Assembly (NCBI GenBank): GCA_030704615.1
Contig: CM060732.1
Location: 15,252,001 to 15,316,000 of the forward strand
Source: Takakia lepidozioides
Taxonomy: Eukaryota > Plantae > Bryophyta
DNA: 64,000 nt
Reading direction: 5' to 3'
In this document: piece after piece, positions 34,693 through 46,399 of the stretch
Numbering within the stretch: the stretch's first letter is position 1
Layout: every line of letters begins with the position of its first letter
The notes under the pieces: model-generated
What the model saw: only the letters and a program-made list of their open reading frames with translations
What the model was told of the DNA's origin: nothing
The model's database searches: none
Made by a program: the position numbers and the translations under genes

Positions 34693-37600
34693 TTAATACC
34701 CTGGTAGAATTGTCCACATAGGTATACCCAGGGGTTCGTGAATACGATTGTCTCGGGTGGGAGTCCAATCCTCAGTGCTCTCCTCGTCACCACTCTCATT
34801 AGAGGATTCTTCCTCAATGGTTGGATCCTCACTTCTTAAACCCTCCTCCACCTTAGCATCCACATATGGTTGGACCCGAACGCGTTGTAAATAGTCCCTT
34901 TTCTACGGTGGCCATTATTACATTTGAGACACTCCTATCCATGGCTCCTACGCCCGAGCATTTGCTATTACCGCCGCATAGGGACTTAGAACGTAGCTCT
35001 TCTCCGGGGTATGTATCTCCGCAATCCGTTCCCGAAGTGTCAGACTTCGCAATTTTAACCAAAAAAACATTCTCGCAAATTGACCTATATCTCGCCCAAC
35101 CTAATAGTCGGCACCGACTATTATTCCAACATATGTCACGACTCCTTCTTAATAGTCGTCACCGACTATGACTCTGGCGTTTGGGGCAAGCACAGGTAGT
35201 CGGCAACGACTTCTATAGTTGCAGTATCCACTCGGCGGCTTTTCTCCCGTGCCCCTCGTAGGAACGACCCATCTTGGCATTTGTGAAGCCTATCCGCTCT
35301 CACCATGTTCCGAACGAGGTCTTCACTGATCACATCGTGGTCGGTATCGAGCTTGCCACCAACATCCCGGAAGTTGAAATTCCCCTCCAAAGTCTTCAAA
35401 AGGCAGAAGGCGTATAATATGACAGTCTGCATTATTCAATGTTAAATACAATGCAAATATTCCGTACAGTCTGTAAGTTGGCCTCTTGTAGTCGGTGCAC
35501 ACTATGCCTGCTCTGTGGAGGTAACGCCTAAAGATTAACTTCTCAATTATCAAAGTCGTTACCGACTATGATAATAGCACTAATGTAAGCACGTTGCAGC
35601 AGAACCCTTGTCACTTGCAACTCCTGCACGAGGACCACTCACCGACCACTCCAAGCATGCAACATAGTCGCCACCGACTATGTTTCCCACCGGGGCCACC
35701 GTAGAACTGGACGGCACCGACAACATGAATGGCCCCACCACTATTGGTAATAGTCGTTACCGACTATGACTGGGCGACGTTGGAAGGTGGTGTTCTCTGA
35801 AAGACATACCGTGGGCTTACACTTATCATTTTAATCCTTTGCGAACATTTTAAGCACAAACTTCATGACATGCGTTTCAATTGAAGAGGGTAAACCCACC
35901 TGTGGTTTGCCAACATCTCCAGTTTGCAATGGAATTCGATTGAGGCAAGTCCACTTTTTTTTAATAAATTTGAATGGCCCGGCCGGCCCAACGCATCTCC
36001 GGATTTCAATTTTTGTCTTCGCATCCCCCTTGTAGAACATCACAAAGCACCCTTTCTCTTTCAATATGGAGGATGCCAGTGCTAATGCATGAGGAACTGT
36101 ATCCTTGCTCTTGTTGTTCCAACTTGCAACAACATTGTCTCGGCCACTACCTTTGACGACTTGCCCATCGGGGAGGTCAATTAAAACCAAGTCCGCCCTT
36201 GCTTTCGTCACCCTTGGCAAACGGTGTGAAGGGTTAGTTGGTACATGCCTTTGAAGAAACGCGTCAATTTCCCCCCTCGGCTGCGGCCAGCTGGTGGACG
36301 AACCTTTTGTGGCCAATCTGCGGATGACTAATTGAAACCAATCGCACTTTAAGCATTTGACCTCAGTGTTTGCAACCCCCTCTCGCAAGGCTACTGCTTC
36401 GTACAGCAGCACAGATGCAAGCTGCAGCACCCTGCCCTCATTGCCTCCTGCCCCGAATGTTAACGTGCGAGCAGACCTGTTCCTCAGCTCCACTTGGAAA
36501 TTATGCAAGGCTTGGGTAAAATGTCCGTAAGTTGGGTTCTCATGCCTGTTTGCACCGTCTGTCTCATCAACACCCTCCAGACCCGTGTTGCCTCCATGCC
36601 TTGTGCCTGGGGGGGTGTCTTCTACTATGGCAGTATTGTTTTTGGGTTTCTGCTTCATTTTCCTCTGTTTTTTCGTTGCGACTGCTGCCTGTAGAGCCGT
36701 GTTCGCTTCTTCAATTTGGGCTGCAGCAACATCGGCAGCCTCCTCGGCACCTTCCTCCGTCAAGGGCTCCATATTTATTGGTGCAGGCAGTTTGTGGTTC
36801 GTGTACTTCTTGTACAATTCAGCCTCCTCGTCAAGAGTAAAATTTGGTGGCAAGTCGTCGGGAACGACTATACCACTTCAAATGAACATGGGCTTCAAAA
36901 GTAGTTTATGACGGCAAAATTCAGCGCAGTCTGCCATAGTTGGTCCCGACTATAAAGATACTCCTGCATGGGCAATGCGTTCTGCTGTTATTGACAACTA
37001 CGTAGTTGTTTAAGGGGGTATGGAAATGACACACGATTAACATAATAAAAAAGTTGTGTGGGCTTCGACAATGCTCTTTTACAAACCACCGTTATTTCTC
37101 AATTCCGCGATGCACAAGTGCCCTCCCGTCCCTATGGAAACAGTTATAGTCGTTCCCGACTATAACTTCCGAAGCATATATATGGAGATATACCGTACAC
37201 CGTGACCCATGCTCATGCAGAAATTTCAATTTTGCTCATGTGAGCACAAATGCACGGACATACTTACACATTCATTCTGTTCATTGCACGCCGTATGAGG
37301 CCCAGATTGGAACTCCTGACATCGAGAATGTTTGCGTTCACACGGTAGTGCTAGCTTGCATCGTGAGCGTGCTGCTCCGAAATGACCTCCATCCACGCGT
37401 ACCACCTGTGATTGCCGTCGTAAATGTGTAGCCATTTGTTCGAAAGGAACTCCCACTCTGTATGTCATCCTCAAATGCAGCATCGGCTGATTGCCAATGC
37501 GGTGACCAATTTTCACGGTCTGTCGGTTGTATGTCCTGAGCTTGCCCACTGTCGTCATTTATAGAAAGCAACAATGAAGCGAGGGCGTTCGTTGTACCGA

Positions 37601-37746
37601 TCTGCCTCAAAGTACAGCTTCAGCTTATTGATGTTGGGTCGTTCGGCCATTCGCACAGCGGGGAGAGGCTTCATCCTACACAATGGGATTCGTGGAGGGG
37701 CCCCACTCTTCAGCAAGTGCGCAATGGAGCTCATAGTGTGGTTCAT
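34693..37746 (-). pseudogene. Spliced gene with ParB/sulfiredoxin-like N-domain and beta-class N4/N6 DNA methyltransferase-like C-domain, disrupted
   Basis: 37746-37268, across two frameshifts: RIPLCRMKPLPAVR...WSPHWQSADAAFE...KWLHIYDGNHRWYAW...*HYRVNANILD. Exon ending at 35900: ADLVLIDLPDG...WN...ALASSILKEKGCFVMFY. Exon starting at 35426: DLVRN...FLRGAREKS. Acidic tail to 34693. Confidence 0.62.
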
Positions 37747-37844
37747 CGCACTAGTCGTCAATGACAAAAGTGCTTGCTTGCACATACTGTGGAGTAACGA
37801 AAAAGAGATGGGCGTAACATTGTCTTGTGCCCCGCAAGCCAAGC

Positions 37845-38700
37845 TCACTGGTCCCCTGGATCCATATTCAGAAGAGTGTACATCTCGTCGGGGCTCAACG
37901 CTTGTGCATGTATGAAGTGATGAGTTGTGGAATTACACCGGAGTCTCTTTAGGTACACGTAGTACAAATGCTTGCAAAGGCAGTATGATGCCCCCTTCTT
38001 TGCCATGATCTGGAAGTCGGTGCAATTGCAGGTGGGTAATTCTGAAATGGTGATGGTGTACACCTCATTGCGGACAACTAAGCCAGTCGTGGCCATCTGA
38101 TACACACGCCCGAAGCCTGGTGGGGGCACTTCTGTTGAGCTTTGGATTGTATAGTTAATCCCAAGTGCATTCCCCATCCTTGTCTCGTTCACTTTTGAGG
38201 GAGGTCGCCGTCTCTTTGGTTTTCCCCAACGGTGTGTAGGATGCTTAGAGTTGTCACGTACGTTTGTTCTTGCTCTCATAGGGGTTGGTGGTGGAGGCTG
38301 TGGAACTGGAAATGGTTGTTTGGGGACGTCAGTGCGCTGCACCATCCAAAATCCTGATGCAGTAAGGGCGTCGGCCTCAACCTGACTTAAATTGTATCCC
38401 GGTTCCACCGGCCACACCGGGGGAGCCTCTGGCATTGCTTGTATGCCGTACTTGGGCTTTCCATAGACACAAGTCATAATGTCATGCCTACAGAACCAGA
38501 ACTGGGTCGTCGTTGCCTCCGCAAACTTTACATGGACAAATCTTCCCGTGAAAGTAGGAGCAGGGACAGCCCCAACTGGGTTCCTTATTATCATCTATCC
38601 ACAATGTTGTCGTGTATCACTTGAATTGCAGAACACTTGCCTCACATGGGGTGCCGCAGACTGACACCGAATTTGATCCACCGAGGAGCGAGTATGGGTG
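37845..38700 (-). pseudogene. C-terminal SWIM zinc-finger segment of a Mutator-like transposase gene
   Basis: PAPTFTG...FWFCRHDIMTCV...WPVEPGYNL...GFGRVY...YTITISELPTCNCTDF...CKHLYYV (SWIM CxC...CKH). Paralogous to 63486-63998. Confidence 0.8.
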
Positions 38701-38863
38701 GATGTCAAGGGGATGGAACTACGACGATGCATTTTCGTCCAAGCTGCCATCAACATGTACCCCTTCAGTGGATTTTGGGGAAGTGAGGTGGGCGGACTGC
38801 CATTCGAGCTTGCGGTGGGGACGGTCGTCCCCACTACCACTTACCGTGGCCTTCATGACAATG

Positions 38864-41800
38864 GGACAGAAATGCCGCACCGCATATCCGTTCGGACAGC
38901 CATACACCCTTGCCTTCATGACAGAGGGGACGGAAATGTGGTGCCGCATTTCCGTCCGGACTGCCATTAGACCTCGCCTTCATGACAGTGGGGACGGATA
39001 TGCGGTGCCGCATTTCAGTTCCCACTACCAGTTACCCTTGCCTCCATAATAGTAGGACGGAAATGCGGCACCGCATTTCCGTCCCACCTACTATACACCC
39101 TTGCCTTCATGACAGTGGGGACGGAAAATCGGTTTCGCATTTCCGTCCAGACTGCCCTGAGACCCTTCCTTCATGACATTGGGGACGGAAATGCGGTGCC
39201 GCATTTCCGTCCGGACTGCCATTGGACCTTGCCTTCATGACAGTGGGGACGGACGGAAATGCGGTGTCGTATTTCCGTCCCGACTGCCATTGGACCTTGC
39301 CATCATTACAGTGGGGACGGACGGAAATGCTGCATTTCCGTCCGGACTGCCATTGGACCTTGCCTTCACTACAGTGGGGACGGAAATGCAGTGCCGCTTT
39401 TCCGTCCGGACTGCCAGAAGACCTTGCATTCATAACAATGGGGACGCAAATGCGGTACCGCATTTCGGCCGTCCCCACTACCAGTTACCCTTGCCTCCAT
39501 AACAGTGGGACGGAAATGCGGTGCCGCATTTTAGTCGCCACTACCAGTTACCCTTGCCTCCATGACAGTGGGACGGAAATGCGGCACCGCATTTCCGTCC
39601 CACTTGCCATACACCCATTGCCTTCTGGAAATGTGGCGCCGCATTTCTATCCGACGACGATGACTATAGAAAGAAAAAAAATTAGGGTTCTGGTTTTTTT
39701 TACCCGCCACCCCCTGTGGTCGGAAATGCGGCACCGCATTTCCATCCAACGGGTAGAGCTAGAAAAAACAAGGAATTTTATTTTTTTTTGGATTTTTTTT
39801 CTCTACCCCCTATAGGCCGAAATGCGGCGCAGCATTTCCATCCAGCGGCGATGAGAAGAGAAAAGAAAATTTTTTACGGTTATTTTTTTTTCCCCCTCTA
39901 CCCTCTGTTGTTGGAAATGCGGCATCGCATTTCGATCCTGCGGGGATGACTAGAGAGGGCAAAAAATAAAACAAAAAAACAAACTCCATTTTATTTTTAT
40001 TTTTTTTGCCTTTCACCCCTACAGACGCAAATGCGGCGCCGCATTTCAATCCAGCGGCGATGACAAGAGCAAAAAAAAGGTTAGGGTTATTGTTTTTCCT
40101 CTCTATTCCCCCTGTTGTTGGAAATGCGGCGCTGCATTCCATCCAGCGGGGATGACTAGAGAACAACCAAAAAAAAAAAAAAAAACCAACATTTTATTTT
40201 ATATATATATATTCCCCCCACGGCCCCCCCCACCGTATGGACTGAAATGCGGCGCCGCATTTCGATCCAGCGGCGATGACAAGAGGAAGAAAAACGGTTA
40301 GGGTTATTTTTTTCCCCCCTTCTACCCCTTGTTGTTGGAAATGCGGCACCGCATTTCCATCCAGCGGGGATGACTAAAAAGCAGGGGGGCAAAAAAAAAA
40401 ACTTTTTTGTCCCCACCCCTATGGACGGAAATGCGGCACCGCACTTCAATCCAGCGGCGATGACAAGAGGAAAAAAAACGGTTAGGATTTTTTTTTTTCC
40501 CCCCCTTCTATCCCCTGTTGTTGGAAATGCGGCGCCGCATTTCCATCCAGCGGGGATGACTAAGGGCAGGGGGGGGGGACAGAAATAAAAATAAAAAAAA
40601 TAAAAAAATAAAATTGTCCCCACCTATGGGCGGAAATGCGGCGCCGCATTTCAATACATCGGCGATGACAAGAGGAAAAAAAACGGTTAGGGTTTTTTTT
40701 TTTTTCCCCTTCTATCCCCTGTTGTTGGAAATGCGGCGCCGCATTTCCATCCAGCGGGGATGACTAGAGGGGGGCGGGGGAGGGGGAAAAAACAAACAAA
40801 AAAAAAACAAAAACTTTTTTTTATCCCCACCCCTATGGACGGAAATGCGGCGCCGCATTTCACTTCAGTGGCGATGACAAGAAAAAATAAAGTTAGGGTT
40901 GCTTTCCCCCCCCCCCCTCTACCTCTGTTCTTGAAATGCGGCACCACAATCCAGCGGCGATGACTAGAGGAAAAACAATCAGGGGTTATTTCCCCCCTCC
41001 CCCCCTGCGGTTGAAAATGCGGCGCCGCAATTCCATCCAGCGGGGATGACTAGAGGGAAAAAAAAAAAAAAAACACCATCAAACGACTTTCAAAGAGCAC
41101 GGGTGGATGGCAGTCGAGACGGAAATGCGGCACCGCATTTCCGTCCCGACTCGCATCCCCCTTTGCACGATGATCATCATTTGGGGAAAAGAGGTGGGCG
41201 GGATGAACCTGGCAATGGAAATGCGCTGCCGCATTTTTGTCCGGACTGACACCTACCGATCACTTTATACCTAGTGGGACGGAAATGCGGCACCGTATTT
41301 CCATCCGAGTTCCCACTAGACCATGCCTTCCTACCATTGTGGATGGAAATGCGCTGCCGCATTTTTGTCCGGACTGACACCTACCGATCACTTTATACCT
41401 AGTGGGACGGAAATGCGGCACCGCATTTCCATCCGGGTTCCCACTAGACCATGCCTTCCTACCATTGTGGATGGAAATGTGGTGCCGCATTTCCGTCCTA
41501 ACTGACACCTAAGCATCCTTGATACATGGTGGGATGATAATCCGGTGCCGCATTTCCGTCCGGGCTCCCATTCCACCATACATTTTTAACAGTCTGGACG
41601 GAAATGCGGTGCCGCATTCCCGTCCAGACATTGCTTTCCCGAGAGTCTGGACGGAAACGCGCCACCGTATTTCCGTCCGGACTGATAGTGGACCATCCCT
41701 TTATTTCTGGTGGGACGGAAATGCGGTGCCGCATTTCCGTCCAGAAGACCACTTCAATTTGCGAACTTTGCAGTTGAAGGGAAATGAGGCGCCGCATTTC

Positions 41801-42200
41801 CGTCCGGACTGTCATTGTACATTTTCTTAATGACAGCTTCGACGGAATTGCGGTGCCGCATTCCAGGCCCGCTACCACTTACTCTGGCAGACAGGACAGC
41901 GAAACGGAAGTGCGGCACCGCATTCCCGTCGAACTTGCCAAACAACCTTTTCTTCATGATAGGATGGCCGCAAATCCAGCCATCCAGCCTTATCATCCTG
42001 AGAATGGGGACGGAAATGCGGTGCCGTATTTCCGTCCCAGCTGCCCTCCACGCTTGCCTTCAGTAAAGAGGGTTCACGAAGGGGACGGAAATGCAGTACC
42101 GCATTTACCACTGACTGCCATCCTCCCTAGCATCTTTATCCTCTTTCGTGATGCAGTAGGGAGGTATCCTGATGGAACGGCCACTAATGCCGCACCGCAT
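38864..42200. repeat. Array of about 43 palindromes, consensus GGACGGAAATGCGGCGCCGCATTTCCGTCC
   Basis: Three zones: about 64-bp tandem units (38.86-39.65 kb); alternating A/B units with homopolymer linkers (39.7-41.05 kb); and repeats separated by largely unique spacers (41.1-42.2 kb). Counted by eye. Confidence 0.95.
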
Positions 42201-45200
42201 TCGGTCTGTTGACTCATAGAGGCTGAAATGGCAGTTGAAGGGGTCATTGCCAACACATATTCGGAGGCGGTAATGCCGGACCGTTGCATCATCACTGACT
42301 GTCCAACAGACACTAGACCTCTATTTCTTCGAATTCAATTTTCCAGCGACATAGGGGCCACCTGCCTCACGAGGAGACACGTAGGCCCCGACCTTTCGAA
42401 TCCATACGATGCATCTCCGCCGTTTGATGTCATCTTTCGCTGGTGACTCTTTCACTGCTCTAACACCCCTTCCAACACCATACTTTGCCTCATTTCTTCT
42501 CTTTAGTTTCTCTTATGTTGCACAGCCTCATAGTGAGGTGGTGGAGGGATCGCAGGGCTCTGAAGACCCGCAGGACGAAAAGGAGGAAGCTACTGCAGCC
42601 CGCACATACCCTTGACCTTCTAGCATGGGTCCTCCTGTCGTGCCTAACCTTGTGCGCTTCAAGGACGTGCTTTGGAAAGGTAAAGGTTTCAAGTCGAAAG
42701 CAACAGAGAAAGAGGCAATTTGACGATGAAGATGATGGAGAGTCGCCAACAGGGGTCGTCCCCTTCTCCAGAAAATTAAAGAGCAGGAAGCATCAGGCGG
42801 TTGTTGAGGAATATACTACCCCATCGGATCAGTCCCCTTCCCCTACGAAGAGCAAGAAGTAGACGGGGGCGGTGGAGAATCGGACGAGAACAAAGGAGTC
42901 CCCTTCCCTTGCAAAGAGTAAGAAGCAGAAGGGGGGGGGAAGCAAGGGCAGAGCAGTCTCCAACAAAACCCCTTCACGAGTTGAAGCTCAGTTCTTGCAA
43001 GAGTTTCAGAAGGAAACCGGGGGCAACTCTGCAGAAGCTCAGGCAGCTGCAGCATGCAATGCAACCCTGCAGGTACCACTGCAAGGTTAAGATCTATCCT
43101 CCCATCCACATGTGGAAGGTGACATGGCGCACAATTGCGCACATGGTCCTTCCATACCATGCCATCTCGACCCTCCAGAATCAACACTCCTGAAGGCAAC
43201 ACCTCCCCGACCCTTAGAATCACACGTCCTGCGGTGACATCCAAGGTCGTAGGTGCTGTCTGCTGCAGATACACATAGTCCCCAGGGTGGAAACGCCGAA
43301 CACTTGGCCGATATCCCCCTCCACGTATAGTGGCGTACCTCAATGTGTCTCGGTGTTGGGCAATAGCAAGGTTCTCAAAAGCCATAGGCATGACTCTTCT
43401 GAACAACTCTGCTCGTTGGGCACATGCTTGTGTCCACACATCCGGATCATCAAGGTTGAGAACTATTGCAGCCTCCCTGCAAATAGATGCAGGCAAATCC
43501 GGCTCTCGGCCAAAGAGAAGAAAGTAAGGTGAGAAGGAGGCAAGTGAAGCTTGTTTGCTGAACCTATAGCCCATAGCTAGCCAAGGCAGTCTCCTAGGTG
43601 TCCCTTCTGCAAACCGTACTTGCGCAAACCTCTCTTGACTGTCTGAACAACTCTCTCCGCCAAGCCATCAGCCTCGGGATGATCCCGAGAAGTAGTGCGG
43701 TGATCTATCAAGGTTTGCTCACACAAAGCCTGAAACTCCCCCAAGAACTCTCTCCCCTGGTCCGTGAGTACCTCGGCTGGAGCACCAAAATGGCTAAGCA
43801 CTCGATCTAAGAATGCATACGCAGCCCCTTCACTTGCCTTGTCAGACAATGCCACCAGTTCAATCCATTTGGAGAAGTGTTCCACCATCACCAGCACATA
43901 CTTGTTGTGGCAAATCGTCAATGACGATGGGCCTGCAAAGTCAAGACTCCAACGATAGCCCAAACCCATAATGGGTAAAGGATGCAATTGTGGAGTAGGG
44001 GCATTGAAAGAAGCCCGCACTCTATCACACACCATGCACCTTGCCACTAACTGTTGCACATCCGTGTGCCTGCCCCGCCACCAATACTGCCCTTGCAGCA
44101 AACTATGAGTGCGCCGCACCCCAAAATATCCCAACTCATCATGGGCATGGCGTACCAATCACGCTCGTTGTGTTGGATGAGGCACAATCCTCACTCGTCC
44201 ATCCTCCCATACCCGGAGTAGGTGAGTCCCCTCCTACTTGAACCTCTTGGCTTGTTGTAGGACCCGATCCCTCTCCTTAGCAGTCACACTGGCTGTTGTC
44301 ACTCCGGTACAAAGGTATGCCAACACTGCTGCATCTCCATGCACATCCTTAGCACCACCAAACTCCTCATTAGTCTCTGGATCATCATGCACGCTATCTT
44401 CATGACAAATCGCATGGGATGGACCAGCTTGAGCTCCCATTGCTAGAATGCACAAAAAGGCCGATGCATGCCATCCTGGCACCATCTCCTCATCCGTCTC
44501 ACCATGCCACCGAGCTTGAGTATCATCATGCTCGCTCGTGCATGGATTACGACTCAATCCATCTGCATCCCGATTGACAATACCGGCTCGATGCACCACC
44601 TGGAAGTCGTACTCTTGAAGCATAAGTGCCCACCGTGCAAGCTTCCCTATAAGCTTGTCTGACTCCATCAACCACTTCAATGGCTAGTGATCTGTGACAA
44701 GGGTGAAGAGATTGTCATAGAGGTAGCATCTGAAATGTGCCACTGCCCATACCGCAGCTAGACACTCCCCTTCATAGGAACTATACTTCGCCTCGGCATC
44801 ATTGTTTGAGCGGCTAGCATATGCCACTACAAACTCTCTTCCCTCATCATCGACCTGTGTGAGCACTGCTCCAATCCCCAACATACTCCAATCCGTATGT
44901 AGCTGGAAAGGCCGCCCCCGAATAGGCCGCCTCAGAATAGGTGCAGAAGTCAATTGAGCCTCGAGTTCCTCAAAGGCTTCCTCCTGCTCCTTCTCCCACT
45001 GCCACTCCTGACCCACCTTGGTCAACTTGGTAAGAGCCTTTGCAATGCTGCTAAATCCCTTGACAAACCGTCGATAGTAGTTTGTCAATCCCATGAAAGC
45101 ACGAACTCTGCTCACATCCATGGGGCGTGGAATGCATGCAATGGCCTCCACCTTTGTCTGTTGAACACCCAATCCTCTAGGGTATATGGCCCAGATACTC

Positions 45201-46399
45201 AATCTGATTGTGGAAGAACTTGCACTTTCCGGGGTGCAGTTTCAACCCGTGCGCTCTCAAGCGCTCAAACACCACCTGAAGGTGTTTCTCATTCTCCTCA
45301 ACCGTAGCACTAAAGACGATGATGTCATCAATATAGCACCGGGCGAAGTCTAGCCCCGCAAGAATCCTATCCATAACCCTCTGAAACTCTGCACGAGCAT
45401 TCTTCAACCCAAACGGTAAGAACCGCCATTGGTACAAACAATCCTTCCCATGTTGGTCAATCCCCCAGAATGCCGTCTTTTGCTTGTCAGCCTCTTTGAT
45501 TGGCAACTGGTGGTAACTGGATCGCAAGTCCAATGTGCTAAACACCTTTGCATGCCCAATGGCATCAAAGATCTCCTCTGGAGTTGGCATGGCATATCTA
45601 TCGGACTTACTCTGACGGTTCACAGGACGGTAGTCCCCACACATCCTTCTTTCTGTCCAATTGCCATAGATATCCTTCTTAGCTGGCATCACCGTTGCCG
45701 AGGCATACTCCCCGCCTGACAACTCCACCAATCCAGCTTCGAACAACTCCATAGTCCGTGACTGGATCAATGACCTCTCCATGTCACTATATTGGTAGGG
45801 CATTCAAAAGATTGGCGTGTCAGTTGCCAAATAAATACGAATCTCCTGACCCTTCAAACTCCAATTCCTATAAGCCCTTAGAAATCGCTGGATCCTCCGT
45901 CTCTCTCCTCCGGTGACTGTAGGTCCAACATCTGGTTCCCAATTGTCCTCAATGACTGCAACCTTGGATACACCAGGCTTGGAGGTAGGAGACAAATCCT
46001 TTGGTTGCTAGATAGCAACCTTTGGGCCTTGTCCGCCCAATCTGACTGTGGCGTAGCCTCCACTTGCTCCACCATAGCCACCTTGAGAACATCCTCTGAG
46101 CAAGAAACATTCTCAACCTCTTCAAAAACCTTGGCCACCTTGGCCTCCAACTGATCCTCAGTCCATGGCTCTCCCCACTCCTCATACTGCTGCTTGAGAG
46201 ATCCAATGACTCTCTTTTTGCGCATCTCATCCCACATCTGCCATGGGTGTTTGCAACCCACGATCCTGTACTCGCGCCCACTCACTGCCTCAACCGTCCC
46301 GATTGGCAGGGAGGATGCACCATCCAATGGGAGTGCAGAAGTAGCCATCAATGCTTGCAATCTCCGTTGCTCAGCCATGCACAAGCCAATTATCCATGT

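Larger units (their letters stand above)
31791..43050. mobile_element. Large Mutator-like/SWIM-family element derivative ('element A') with RING-H2, ParB/MTase-like and SWIM genes and palindrome arrays
   Basis: Begins abruptly (GGGGAATGCTAGACCGTGAG) where the Gypsy RT is cut. CRTGAGC subterminal motifs at 31806-32167. The right end is lost at the junction with the DNMT-Gypsy. Boundaries are inferred and no TIR pair was found. Confidence 0.6.

Noticed and set aside
41118-42200. True CRISPR array
   Set aside because: No cas genes or leader, a eukaryotic TE context, degenerate repeats that are full-length perfect palindromes, some duplicated spacers, and continuity with tandem-repeat zones. Kept as a phased palindrome array.
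38612-42212. Many short ORFs containing GNAAPHF / TEMRCRIS
   Set aside because: These are translations of the palindromic repeat in all frames, with no coding signal.
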